Below are positions 17,774 through 28,210 of a stretch of DNA of 61,259 nucleotides, one piece after another. How positions within the stretch are numbered: position 1 is the first letter of the stretch; each line of letters begins with the position of its first letter. Below the pieces are notes generated by a model. That model ran no database searches. It saw only the letters and a program-made list of their open reading frames with translations, and was not told the DNA's origin. This DNA is from a virus (taxonomy: Duplodnaviria > Caudoviricetes). The stretch is from positions 1 through 61,259 of the IMG/VR virus record IMGVR_UViG_3300045003_000239. One strand, given 5' to 3'. The translations under genes were made by a program, and so were the position numbers.

Positions 17774-19516
17774 GTGACCGCCGCCGTCCTCGCCCCGACC
17801 CAACCTCTCGCCCCGCCTCGTGCACATCCCACTGAGCTCTTCGTGGACCTCTTCTGCGGCTTCGGCGGCGTCACCGCCGGCAAGAAGCGTGCCCTCAAGC
17901 GTCTCGGGCTGCTCGTGGGCGAGGACGCGGACATCATCTGCGTCAACCACAGCCGCGCCGCGCTCGACGGCCACACCGCCAACAACCCGGACTGCCTCCA
18001 CGTCCACTGCGACCTCGAGACGAAGGACCCGCGCGAAGTCCTCCGCACGACGCCCGAGTTCCCCGACGGCCACCTCTGCGACGCCTGCCGCGACCTCGAA
18101 GTCGTCGAGCCCTGCCCCGCGACGGGCAACGTCGGCCGCTACATCACCGGCATGTGGACGAGCGCGCCCTGCCAGCGCTGGAGCAACGCGGCCAAGGCGC
18201 CCTACTCGCGCCCGCAGGACCGCGCGACGCCCGACTACAACCATGACTGGCGCCGCTACGGACGCCCCGCCTTCGTGATCGAGGAGAACGTCAAGCAGAT
18301 CCGCACCCGCTGGGACGGCTGGGCCGCGCACGTCGCGAGCTACGAGGCCGATGGCTACCGCGTCGAGGTTCGCGTCCTCAACGCGGCCTGGTGGGGCGTG
18401 CCTCAAGGCCGCGAGCGGCTCATCCTCGTCGCGCTCCGCCGCGACATCTACGGCGACGGCCCCGCTCCGTGGCCCGCCGCCACCCACAGCGACCCTGAGC
18501 GTCCCGTCTCCGGCACGCAGCCATACGTGCCCGCCATCAGCGCGCTCGACCTCTCGAAGTGGGCGCCGAGCTTCTTCGAGGGCAAGAAGGTCAAGGGCCC
18601 CCAGCGCGGCCAGCCGTACTCGCGCATGGTGCGCGCCCGCATCGCGCGCTACATCCGCAGCGAGGGGCGCTTCTGGGAGCCGCTCGCCCGCGCCATCGAG
18701 GACTTCACGGGCCCTGTCCCGCTCGACGTCGCGCTCGCCTCCTGCCCCGAAGAGGAGTGGCCCTCGTGGCTCAAGCGCGACGGTGAGAACGTCGTCTTCG
18801 AGGGCTTCGCCGCGCCCGACATGGTCGTGAGCCAGTACGACGAGGGCGTCTGCCGCAGTCCCGACGACCTCGCCATGACGCTCACGACGGCCGGCTACGT
18901 GCGCTTCGCGCAGGTCCGCGCGGTCCTCCCGCTCCGCGGCCTCCGCGGCGGTGAGGAAGCGAACCCGGCTTACGACCCTGCCGAGCGTCCCAGCCATGTC
19001 GTCGTTGCGGGCCACGCGCACGGGAACTTCTTCGAGGCCCGTCTCCACTACGCCGCGCCGATCATCGTCCCCGCTCACGGCGAGGACAAGCGCCGCGGTG
19101 AGCACGGCCAGGCGCCGAGGTTCCACCCGCTCACGGACGTCGCGCCCACGACGCCGGCCAGCCGCGCGCTCGACGTCGCGTTCCCCTTCATCGTCACCTA
19201 CAACGGCGGGTACGGCAAGGGCCCCCAGGCTGACGTCGTCGAGCCCAGCACGACCATCACGACGCGGCCCCGCCACTACCTCGCCGCGCCGCGCATCGTC
19301 GCCCGCGCCAGCGAGTGCTTCCTCGACCTCGGCTACCGCCAGATCGACGTCCTTGAGACGGCCGTGCTGCAAGGCTTCGACCGCTCCATCAAGCTCGTCG
19401 GCAGCCTCCGCGTCCAGCAGCGCGGCATCGGTAACGCCGTCCCGCCGCCTCTCGCGGAGGCCGTCATCTACGCCGTGTACGAACGCCTCCTCCAGATTCG
19501 GGGCGTGGCTGCGTGA
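17774..19516 (+). CDS. C5-cytosine DNA methyltransferase
   Basis: DLFCGFGG, SAPCQ, EENV, LNAAWWGVPQGRER, IGNAVPP. Confidence 0.95.
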   Translation: MTAAVLAPTQPLAPPRAHPTELFVDLFCGFGGVTAGKKRALKRLGLLVGEDADIICVNHSRAALDGHTANNPDCLHVHCDLETKDPREVLRTTPEFPDGHLCDACRDLEVVEPCPATGNVGRYITGMWTSAPCQRWSNAAKAPYSRPQDRATPDYNHDWRRYGRPAFVIEENVKQIRTRWDGWAAHVASYEADGYRVEVRVLNAAWWGVPQGRERLILVALRRDIYGDGPAPWPAATHSDPERPVSGTQPYVPAISALDLSKWAPSFFEGKKVKGPQRGQPYSRMVRARIARYIRSEGRFWEPLARAIEDFTGPVPLDVALASCPEEEWPSWLKRDGENVVFEGFAAPDMVVSQYDEGVCRSPDDLAMTLTTAGYVRFAQVRAVLPLRGLRGGEEANPAYDPAERPSHVVVAGHAHGNFFEARLHYAAPIIVPAHGEDKRRGEHGQAPRFHPLTDVAPTTPASRALDVAFPFIVTYNGGYGKGPQADVVEPSTTITTRPRHYLAAPRIVARASECFLDLGYRQIDVLETAVLQGFDRSIKLVGSLRVQQRGIGNAVPPPLAEAVIYAVYERLLQIRGVAA

Positions 19517-19935
19517 CGCCTGGCGCAACTTCTTCCCTCGGACCAGTGACCACCATGAGCCCCAGCCCGCCGCCCTTCACCTCCGCCGACCTCGACGCGC
19601 TCGTCCGCGACTTCCTCGACCACAGCGCCGCCCTCCTCCTGAGCAAGGGCCAGGAGTACGCCGGCGCCAACGCGAACGCCGACCGCCTTCGCAACTTCCG
19701 CGACGTCGCCGCCTTCACCGGCCAGCGGCCCGAGGAGGTCTGCGCGACGTACTTCATGAAGCACGTCCAGGCCATCACGCACGCCGTCCACGACGACCGC
19801 TACACCTGGGCGTACACGCTCGACGACGGCAGCGAGGGCCTCAAGCAGCGCATCTGCGACGGCGTGAACTACCTCCTGCTCCTGGCGGCCATCCTCGAAG
19901 CGAAGGAGCGCGCCAAGGCCCCGGGAGGCGCGTAG
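19513..19935 (+). CDS. All-alpha nucleotide-modification-associated / NTP-pyrophosphohydrolase-like protein
   Basis: KGQEYA..DRLRNF...YFMKH...RICDGVNYLLLL. Confidence 0.6.
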   Translation: MTPGATSSLGPVTTMSPSPPPFTSADLDALVRDFLDHSAALLLSKGQEYAGANANADRLRNFRDVAAFTGQRPEEVCATYFMKHVQAITHAVHDDRYTWAYTLDDGSEGLKQRICDGVNYLLLLAAILEAKERAKAPGGA

Positions 19936-19937
19936 CC

Positions 19938-20345
19938 GTGTACGAGTGGGACGTCGTCGAGGTGGACAAGAAGGCCGCCGACATCGCGAAGCTCCTCAAC
20001 GACCGCGAGGCCGACGGCTGGCAGGCCGCGGACATGCCTTGGCACGTCGGCGCGCGCCGCCTCGAGGGCGACACGTGGGTCGAATCGCTCCTCGTCCCCT
20101 TCGTCCGCGAGAAGGTCGTCGCGGCCGAGAGCGCCGAGGTCGCGCCGCCGGAGGACGCGCAGGCGCCCGCGCATCTGGGGCCTCACGATGTCGTCCTCTT
20201 CCACCTGGACGCGGCGTACCGCGCGCTCGGCACGCTCCCCCAGGTCACGGACATGCAGATCGCCACGAACCGCGGGTGGCTCGACAAGATCCTCCAGGGA
20301 CTCCGCGGCGACGTCCTCAAGGCCATCGGGGAGGGACGCCTGTGA
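19938..20345 (+). CDS. Hypothetical protein
   Basis: GGGAGG SD + GTG; typical codon usage. Confidence 0.55.
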   Translation: MYEWDVVEVDKKAADIAKLLNDREADGWQAADMPWHVGARRLEGDTWVESLLVPFVREKVVAAESAEVAPPEDAQAPAHLGPHDVVLFHLDAAYRALGTLPQVTDMQIATNRGWLDKILQGLRGDVLKAIGEGRL

Positions 20346-20862
20346 TGAATCCCGACGAGAGCGGAACCCCTGATGCGACTACCCCGAACGCATCAACGTC
20401 TGCCGAGGGCGCGACGAGAGCCCCCGCCGCCCATGGCCGAGCGCGCCAAGGAAGTCATGAAAACCGAGAGAGCTACAACTGCACGAACGCCTACGGGGAC
20501 TTCGGCGGCGATTGCTCGTGCGGTGGGACTTGCGCCTGTCACGGCACGATCAGCGAAGCGCGGGAGGCGAACCATGTCTGAGCCGTCGCAACGTAGACCC
20601 AGCGCCGAGGAGCGCATGACCGCCGCCCGCCGCTCGCTCGTCGGGGCGATGAACCGGGAGGGGTACTTCGTGGACATCAAGCTCAGCTACTGGAAGACCG
20701 GCGCGAAGCGGAAGGCGATGATGCTTGTGGAGGTCGAGGAGCGATGACGAATCCAAGCCCCAGCACGCGGTACGAGTGCGCGATCGGCCACCTGATCGAC
20801 TTCCGCCGCAGCGACGGGACGTGCCCGTACTGCGGCACGAGCGCCGTTCGGAGGCTCTACCA

Positions 20863-21129
20863 ATGACAGGAAGTCGATCTCGCGAGAGGAGGCTGCGCTC
20901 GCTGGCGAGTAACATCTTCGTCATCGGCCCCGAGACGTGTCCTCGATGCCATGCGGGGAACGTCGTGCCGGGCCACACGCGCGGCTTCAGCGGCGCCCTC
21001 TATCCAGCGTGGGTCTGCGACTGGCAGAACTGCGGGATCGCGGTCTGCTGGCGCCAGGAGACGAAGCCATGTGGCCTCGAAGGGTGCCCGAACGAGAACG
21101 GCCTTGCGGTGGTGGTCCTCAATGCCTGA
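20863..21129 (+). CDS. Cys-rich micro-protein (accessory island)
   Basis: CPRC, C..QNC, C...GC. Confidence 0.45.
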   Translation: MTGSRSRERRLRSLASNIFVIGPETCPRCHAGNVVPGHTRGFSGALYPAWVCDWQNCGIAVCWRQETKPCGLEGCPNENGLAVVVLNA

Positions 21130-21576
21130 CAGCCCCACGACACGAAGGGCCTGCATCCGGTCATCCCGGCACGTTGGCCCGGTCGTCCACGACGGCGAGG
21201 GATGGATCGCGGAGTGCTGCGGGGTGAGGCTGCGATGACACTGACCGCACCCAACGGCCGGATCGAGGGCGGCGCATACCGCCTGAGCGCGGCGAATCGC
21301 AGGCGTTCCGAGTGCGGGTGCTGCTCCGACGCGGGCCTGATCGAGAACCACATCTGCGCGTGCCCATGCCATGACGGCGACCTGGTGTTTCTCGACGGAG
21401 CGTGGGTCGATGGATAGGAGTGACCGCTTCTTCCTCGTGTGGCTCGCCGACGAGAGCGGCGACGAGGTGTGGGGCTGGGATTCGACCGAGGCCCCAAACC
21501 AGGGGCGCGAGGCGAGCCGCCCGGAGGACTCCTCCATCGACGGCCGCGAGTGGACAATCGCAACGGCGGTGGACGC

Positions 21577-22332
21577 ATGAAAGGAAGTGGCCCCGTCTTG
21601 GCCGGCGAGCGGTCGTGGGCCGTCGAGGAGGGGGACTGCCTGGAGCTGCTGCAGGCGCTCCCGCGGGAGTCCGTGGACGCCGTGGTCTCCGACCCGCCGT
21701 TCGCCTTCGCCGGCGGGATCAGCAACGGCTTGAGCGCACGGGCGGACGCTCAGTTCTTCGAGCATTGGCTCGTGGATCTCTTCCGTCAGCTCTATCGCGT
21801 GAGCAAGCCGGAGGCGGCGTGGTTCCTCTGGGCCGACTGGCGAACGGCGCCCGTGTACGATGCAGCGCTCGCGCGAGCGGCGCCGGACATGCACAGCGGC
21901 CGGTACGTCTCCCAGGTCATCATCCACGACCGAGAGATGGTCGGCATGGGGAGCCCGTTCCGGAACCAGACGGACTGGATCGCCCTCGTGCGGGGACCGG
22001 CCACCGACTTCAAGGCGCGCATCCCCAAGGACCAGCCGAACATCATCCGGTCGTACTGGTACTACGGCAAGCACGAGCACCACCCCGCGGAGAAGGACCC
22101 CCAGGTCGCGCGCAAGCTCGTGGAGTGGGTGACGGACCCCGGCGGGCTCGTGCTCGACCCGTTCACCGGCAGCGGGACGACGGGGATCGGCGCGCTCGCC
22201 GCGGGCAGGCGCTTCATCGGCATGGAACGCGACCCGGCGCACGTTGCGACGGCCCGGCGCCGTCTCGAGGAAGTGCCGACGGGTCAGCAGGTGCGGCGCG
22301 GGATCTTCTCCTTCGGCGAGGTGTCGGGATGA
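21577..22332 (+). CDS. Beta-class N4C/N6A DNA methyltransferase (no poly-G)
   Basis: GDCLELL..SVDAVVSDPPF...HPAEK...VLDPFTGSGTTG. Confidence 0.93.
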   Translation: MKGSGPVLAGERSWAVEEGDCLELLQALPRESVDAVVSDPPFAFAGGISNGLSARADAQFFEHWLVDLFRQLYRVSKPEAAWFLWADWRTAPVYDAALARAAPDMHSGRYVSQVIIHDREMVGMGSPFRNQTDWIALVRGPATDFKARIPKDQPNIIRSYWYYGKHEHHPAEKDPQVARKLVEWVTDPGGLVLDPFTGSGTTGIGALAAGRRFIGMERDPAHVATARRRLEEVPTGQQVRRGIFSFGEVSG

Positions 22333-22469
22333 ATCGAAGCCTAAGAAGCGAGGGGGAGGAGGGCGCCGCAGGTGTCGCATTTGCTCCCGACGCGGCGGAG
22401 GGCGCGGCCCTCGCTGGGCGGGCGCTGTTCGTAGATGGCGCGGGTGCGCTCGTGCTTGCAGGCCATGTC

Positions 22470-22673
22470 TCAGGCCGCCTGCTGGGCGAGCCTCGCATGG
22501 GCAGCCTCGTAGGCGCGTTCGAGGGCGGCGACGTGGGCGGCGGCGGCGTGGGCTTCCTCGGCGTCGCTCTCGGCCGCGTTCATCGTCTGCTCGTAGGCGC
22601 GCTGCGCGGAGAGGATCGCGGTCTCGTGCTCGGCGTCGAGGGCGTGGAGGAGGTAGCGGGGGGCCGTGGTCAT
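22470..22673 (-). CDS. Small helical protein, minus strand
   Basis: ATG ~30-60 nt downstream of the palindrome/TATA element. Confidence 0.45.
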   Translation of the reverse strand: MTTAPRYLLHALDAEHETAILSAQRAYEQTMNAAESDAEEAHAAAAHVAALERAYEAAHARLAQQAA

Positions 22674-22705
22674 GTCGGGTTCAACCTGCGCGTCTCGCGC
22701 AAGTC

Positions 22706-22743
22706 TGCTATAGCACCACGGGTGCATATAGGTTGCTATAGCA
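22706..22743. promoter_or_regulatory. Twin palindromic operators TGCTATAGCA flanking a CATATA element
   Basis: Perfect 10-bp palindromes at 22706-22715 and 22734-22743 between divergent ORFs. Confidence 0.65.
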
Positions 22744-23558
22744 GGGGGTGGGCACCGTGAGCCCGCCCCAGAGTAGTGCAAACACCCAAGGGCGCGGGTC
22801 GCGCTCCGTCGAGGGGCACGACGCCTCGGAGGTGAACATGGATACGAGCCGGATCGTGGAGGAGTTCGAAGCGACATGGCGCGAGTTGCATGCCGAAAAG
22901 TGCGACAACCTTGAGCGCTGCGAGTCCTTCGGCGGGTCCAGCTATTGCTACTGCAAGCGTCCGGCTTCGCTCGCGGAGGCGATCTCCGGATGAGTGCAAG
23001 CCGTTGCCGGCGCGTCTTCGTGCCCCTGGAGCAGGGCGCGGGCGGCTTCTACTGGTGCGCCGCGCACGAGTGCCCCGAGATCGTCTGCACGTACACGAAG
23101 GCAGGTGTCGCACCATGACAACGGATCGAAGCGTCTGCGTCTACTGCTTCGAGCCGTTCCAGCCCGGCGTCACGGTCTGGAAGCGCAACGGTGGGGGCGC
23201 CCAACCGGATTGCGCTCGGAAGTACGAGCAGGGGGGACTCGATTGAGTGCGGAGAATCGAAGGCGTTCAAGCTCACCTGGGTCCGCGTCCCCGAAAGACG
23301 CGGTGGTGCCAGCGGGCGGGCAGCGGGACGCCGGGCGTAGCGCCCCGGTGGATGATCGCGGCCCGTCGTCTCGAAGTGGTCCCGTCTGGCGCGTCGGCCG
23401 CAAGGTGGGCCGCACCCTCTACGTGGACGACAAGCTCGTCGGCATGGTGGACACGCCCGAGATCGCCGCCCAGATCGCCGCCGCGATGAACAACCACGGC
23501 AAGTGCCCCTGCTGCGGCCAGTGGCCCTGCAAGTGCGTCCCCGCGGAGGACTGAGGCG

Positions 23559-24059
23559 ATGCCCGACCGCGTCTCCCGCGACGCCTACTACATGGGTATC
23601 GCCCGCGCCGTCGCCGCCCGCGGCACCTGCTCCCGCGCCAAGATGGGTGCCATCGTCGTCGTGGGCGACGCCGTGGCCGCGACGGGGTACAACGGTTCGC
23701 CTCGCGGCACGCGGCACTGCGACCACGCCGACCGGATCACGGTTCGCCCGGCCCTCATCAGCGCTACGGGCTGGACCGAGGAGGAGCGCGTCAACGAAGG
23801 ACCCGGCGACATGGAGAACGGGCACTGCTCAAGAGCCGTGCACGCGGAAATGAACGTCGTCGCCAACGCTACGCGCTCCGGGACCTCGCTCGTCGGTGGC
23901 ACCCTCTACGTGACGGCGACGCCGTGCTACCGCTGTGCGCCCCTCCTCGTCCAGGTGGGCATCACGCGCATCGTCATGGACGGCGAGTACCGCCCCGACC
24001 CCCGCGCGCTGGAGCTCCTCTCCGAGGCCAAGGTCGCCCTGGAGTACCTCGCGAGGTGA
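23559..24059 (+). CDS. dCMP deaminase family protein
   Basis: TGYNG, HAEMN, PCYRC. Confidence 0.93.
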   Translation: MPDRVSRDAYYMGIARAVAARGTCSRAKMGAIVVVGDAVAATGYNGSPRGTRHCDHADRITVRPALISATGWTEEERVNEGPGDMENGHCSRAVHAEMNVVANATRSGTSLVGGTLYVTATPCYRCAPLLVQVGITRIVMDGEYRPDPRALELLSEAKVALEYLAR

Positions 24060-26632
24060 CCAAGCTGAAGGTCCCCCTTGCCGCCCGCCGCGTCATCACG
24101 GAGCAGGGCGACCAGATGCTGGAGATCTGGGCGAACGCGCGCCGGTTCATGGAGCGCGCGCCCATCCTGCCGTACTACTACTCCGCGCGCAAGCCCAGCG
24201 AGGTCAACACCGGCGAGGACGAGCCGACCCTCACGGGCGTCATGTACGTCTCGCCCGAGCCCGTCATCCCGCTCTCCAGCCTCACGCCGAGCGCGCAGCC
24301 CTGGTACAAGGTCGAGGTCCAGAACGTCAACCACGTCCGCCGCAGCCACCGCATCGAGGACCCCTCTCCCTGCGGCGTCGTCGCGGAGAACCACCTCGGC
24401 TACGTCGAGCGCGTCCTGATCGACCTGCCCGACTACTACGAGGCCTTCCCCAACGACGCGCCGCTCCGCTTCCTTGCCTTCGACATCGAGCAGCTCACGA
24501 AGGGCGGCCCCTTCCCCGGGCCCAGCGACCCCCTCGTGAGCATCGCGTGGGACTGCTACACCGAGAACGACTTCATCCCCAAGAGCCAGGACCACATCCG
24601 CTGCGAGCTCGCCGACTTCCGCGCCGATGGCACCGTGGACGACTCCCGCCTCGTCCGCGCCTTCGTCCAGGCCTGGAAGGAGTGGGACCCCGACGTCGTC
24701 GTCGTGTACTTCGGCCACCGCTACGACATCCCGCGCCTCATGGAGCGGATGGAGCGCCTCGGCATCGACCCCGCCGAGCTCTCCCGCACGCGCAAGGCGC
24801 CCTGGATCGAGGAAGAGAAGTTCGCCAAAAAGACCCGCAAGCGCGTCCACGTCCCCGGCCGCGTCGTCTTCGACGTCTGGGAGAGCGTGGACAACGACCA
24901 GACCATCTACGGCATCAAGAACAAGCAGCTCAAGACCATCGCCGAGTGGATGAAGCTCCCCGCCATCCGCGAGGACACGGGGAACACGGACGGCCTCCTG
25001 CGCGACCGGCCGCGCGACCTCGTGCGCTACAACAAGAACGACGTCTGGCTCACGCGCAGCATCAGCCGCAGCTACTGGTTCAACTTCGTCGCCCTCGCCG
25101 AGCTCATGCGCGCGCCGCTCGACAGCGTCCTGCGCGCCAGCCCGAACTTCTACGTGACGACGCTCCAGGGCCGCGCCATGCTCAAGAGCGTGCCCCGCGT
25201 CGTGAGCGACGGTCGGAACTCGCAGCGCTTTCGCAACCTCCTCCACAATCCCCACTGCCCCAAGAAGGTCCGCGCCGCCACGAAGATGCTGGAGCCCGCC
25301 CCCGTCACCGGCGCGCGCATCGAGATCTACCAGACCGGCTTCTTCGCGCCGCTCTACAAGGTGGACTTCGGCAGTATGTACCCCAGCATCATCGCCTCGC
25401 TGGGCATGGGCAGCGAGAACGTCAAGTGGATCGGCCACGAAGCCTTCGGCCCCTTCCGCCTCCTCAAGAACGACGCCGGCGAGCGCACCCTGAGCCTCCC
25501 CGACGAGGGCTGGAAGCGCAACCACCTCATCCGCATCGTCGGCTTCAGCCCCGCCGCCGCCGAACTCGCGCGCCTCCGCCAGAGCCGCCTTGACCTCAAG
25601 GCCGAGCGCAAGGCCCTGGACAAGAAGATCCGCGCCCGCGCAGCCGAAGGCGGCGCCCCCATGAGCCCCGAAGAGGAGGGCGACATCATCCGCCTCACGG
25701 CCCAGGAGGACGCCCTCAAGCGCGTCATGAACGCCTACTACGGCGTCCACGCGGGCGAGACGACGCGCTACGGCAACCTCGCCGTGGGCATGACCGTCAC
25801 CGCCATCGCGCGCCTCCTCGCCCGCCTCGTCGAGGACGTCCTGGGCGACGCGAAGGTCGAGACCGACACCGACGGCGTGTACGCCAGCGCGCCCCCGCCC
25901 ATGGACGCCATCCGCGAGGCCATCGAGCGCTTCGCCCGCGATCAGCTTGGACTCGAGAGCCACTTCTTCACGGTGGACCTCGACGAGTACAAGGCCGGCT
26001 TCTTCGACAAGCGCAAGGTGTACCTGCTCCAGAAGAAGGACGGGGCGTTCGAGAAGCACGGCGCCGTCTTCAAGAGCTCCAAGGCCTGCGGCCTCGCCGA
26101 CGACATCCTCGACGAGCTCATCAAGTACCTCTTCGCCCGCGACGAGAAGGGCGGGCGCGACTTCGTCCTCCGCGCGCTCAAGCTCGAGGACGTGCCCATC
26201 GGCAAGTTCGTCTTCCGCGTGAAGCCCAAGACGCCCGACCTGAACCTCGCCGTCGTCAGCGAGCAGAAGAACCGCGACACCACCGTCGCCGACGCCCTCA
26301 ACCGCTCGTACGGCAGCGGCACGCCTCAAGGCAAGCAGGTCCTCCAGAGCTTCTACCGCGTCCACAACCGCCTCCCGGGCACGGAGGACTACGTGGAGTA
26401 CGTCACGACGCGCAGCGGCTACGAGGTGCCCAGCGCGCCCGGCGTGGAGAGCCGCATCGACCTGGACTACTACCGCGCGATCATCCGCGACCTCGCGGAG
26501 CGCTTCGGGATGGCGCCGGGCGGCAAGCAGGTCAAGCTGGACGGCTTCGCCCAGGCCAGCGCGGAGGGCGCGCAGAAGACGCTCGCCACGGCCGAGGGCG
26601 ACGAAGACGAGGCGGAGGGAGATATCGAGTGA
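24056..26632 (+). CDS. polB: Family B DNA polymerase with proofreading exonuclease and C-terminal PIP box
   Basis: FDIE, YDIP, YNKND; DFGSMYPS, KRVMNAYYG, DTDG; QVKLDGF. Confidence 0.96.
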   Translation: MTKLKVPLAARRVITEQGDQMLEIWANARRFMERAPILPYYYSARKPSEVNTGEDEPTLTGVMYVSPEPVIPLSSLTPSAQPWYKVEVQNVNHVRRSHRIEDPSPCGVVAENHLGYVERVLIDLPDYYEAFPNDAPLRFLAFDIEQLTKGGPFPGPSDPLVSIAWDCYTENDFIPKSQDHIRCELADFRADGTVDDSRLVRAFVQAWKEWDPDVVVVYFGHRYDIPRLMERMERLGIDPAELSRTRKAPWIEEEKFAKKTRKRVHVPGRVVFDVWESVDNDQTIYGIKNKQLKTIAEWMKLPAIREDTGNTDGLLRDRPRDLVRYNKNDVWLTRSISRSYWFNFVALAELMRAPLDSVLRASPNFYVTTLQGRAMLKSVPRVVSDGRNSQRFRNLLHNPHCPKKVRAATKMLEPAPVTGARIEIYQTGFFAPLYKVDFGSMYPSIIASLGMGSENVKWIGHEAFGPFRLLKNDAGERTLSLPDEGWKRNHLIRIVGFSPAAAELARLRQSRLDLKAERKALDKKIRARAAEGGAPMSPEEEGDIIRLTAQEDALKRVMNAYYGVHAGETTRYGNLAVGMTVTAIARLLARLVEDVLGDAKVETDTDGVYASAPPPMDAIREAIERFARDQLGLESHFFTVDLDEYKAGFFDKRKVYLLQKKDGAFEKHGAVFKSSKACGLADDILDELIKYLFARDEKGGRDFVLRALKLEDVPIGKFVFRVKPKTPDLNLAVVSEQKNRDTTVADALNRSYGSGTPQGKQVLQSFYRVHNRLPGTEDYVEYVTTRSGYEVPSAPGVESRIDLDYYRAIIRDLAERFGMAPGGKQVKLDGFAQASAEGAQKTLATAEGDEDEAEGDIE

Positions 26633-26890
26633 CGCAAGGCGGAATCTGCTGCGGTGCGCGGATGAACGGCTCGGCCGCGGTATGCCTTCGCCCGCCGGGT
26701 CATCCGGGCAAGCATAGCTTTCACCGTGAGGGCGGGGGAATCGAATGGTAACGGCATCACGTGGACCGCGGGGGAAGCCCCCGAACTGGCAGGCTGGATG
26801 GAACTACGCGCCTCCCGAGCCGTGCGCGTGCCGCGGTGGGCATGGCGCGCGGTGCATGGCGTGTCTCAACCGTTGGGCTGAGGCGCAGCG

Positions 26891-26924
26891 GCGATTAACG
26901 AAAACCCCCTCCGGCGTTAATCGC
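26891..26924. promoter_or_regulatory. 10-bp inverted repeat in the long intergenic region after polB
   Basis: GCGATTAACG-N14-CGTTAATCGC. Confidence 0.5.
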
Positions 26925-27148
26925 GTCTGATTCTACTAAAGCGGGTGAAGCCACGACGCGCCGAGGTCGCCCGCTGGGCCGGTACGTTCCCTTGTGCGCG
27001 GGGTGCGGGAGGGCGCTCACGGGTTCGGTGTTGGTGGCGGCGCGGCGGCGTGGGGATTATAGGTGTCCGACCTGCCCACGACCGGAAGGGTAAGCATTAT
27101 GAAAGCGGCTCGCGTAAGTGACCCCACGCGAAAAGGAAAGGAATACCG

Positions 27149-27556
27149 ATGCCAAGCCGCCACATCACGCCCGCCAGCCTCGTAGAGACCCGCCGCCACC
27201 TCCGCGCCAACCGCCGCCTGTGGAAGAAGCTGGAGAACGACCCGAAGGCCAACCGCCGCTACTGGGAAGGGCGCCGGGGTCTCCAGAAGCCGAAGCCCAA
27301 GACGGTGACCATTACGGCCGCGTCCGGCTCCCCTGCCGAGCGGCCCCAGCGTCCGGCTCCCGTGGCGCCCCAGGTCGTCTCCGTGGCTCCCTCGGCTCGC
27401 GTCCTCACGAAGGCCGAGCTGCGCGACCTCGCTCGCAAGACGACCTGCAAGGACCCCACCTGCGCCCACCTCGCAGCCGACCACGTCAGCGACGGCTGCG
27501 GCGTGAAGACCTGCCCGTGCCGCCTCACGAAGGGCGACGTCCTCCGCGCGGCGTGA
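27149..27556 (+). CDS. Basic protein with C-terminal Cys/His cluster
   Basis: C..PTC.H...H...C....CPC. Confidence 0.55.
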   Translation: MPSRHITPASLVETRRHLRANRRLWKKLENDPKANRRYWEGRRGLQKPKPKTVTITAASGSPAERPQRPAPVAPQVVSVAPSARVLTKAELRDLARKTTCKDPTCAHLAADHVSDGCGVKTCPCRLTKGDVLRAA

Positions 27557-27838
27557 GCGGCATGGGCGTCCTTTCCTTCGCGCTGAGCCTGCTGGGAGCC
27601 GCCGCGGGCTGGGCCTCCATCTTCGGGCTCTGGGTCCTCGTCCTGCGCTTCAGCCGCAGCGCCTCCTCGGCCATCCTGGGGGCACTCGCGTGAGCCTCAC
27701 CATCGGCATCCTGGTGGGCGTGGGCATCGCGTTCGTCGGCTGCCTCTGGCTCCCGCCCCTCGAGGGCGAACGCGACGTCCGCGGGGCCGCCCTCTTCGTC
27801 GGCGCCATCCTCCTGGGCACCGCTGCGGGGCTGGCCTC

Positions 27839-28210
27839 GTGATCGACGAGAGCGTCCTCAAGGCGGCGTACGAGCAGTCCACGTTGCCGCCTCGCGCGCC
27901 TGCGATGGAGATCATCGAGGAGCCGAGCAGCTTCGTCCTGACGTGCGACATGCCCGGCGCCGACCGCGAGGACATCCGCGTCGACGTGAGCCCCCACCGC
28001 GTCGTCGTCGCCGCGCTGCCCCGCGCCAAGGAGACGAAGCCCGCCAAGCCCGGCGCGCCCTACCAGTCGTTCGAGCGCGCGGTGCCCCTGCCCAGCGAGG
28101 TCGACCCCGAGAGCGCCGAGGCGCGTCTCAACAACGGCGTGCTGGAGGTCGTGCTCCCGAAGAAGCGCCTGGGCGGCAGCGGCGTCTACCGGCTCCCGGC
28201 CGTGGAATAG
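27839..28210 (+). CDS. Hsp20/alpha-crystallin small heat-shock protein
   Basis: DMPGADREDIRV...FERAVPLPSEVDPESAEARLNNGVLEVVLPK. Confidence 0.93.
   Translation: MIDESVLKAAYEQSTLPPRAPAMEIIEEPSSFVLTCDMPGADREDIRVDVSPHRVVVAALPRAKETKPAKPGAPYQSFERAVPLPSEVDPESAEARLNNGVLEVVLPKKRLGGSGVYRLPAVE

Noticed and set aside
23231-23236. G6 runs (also ~52756)
   Set aside because: Too short to be distinctive, and they cause no evident frameshift.
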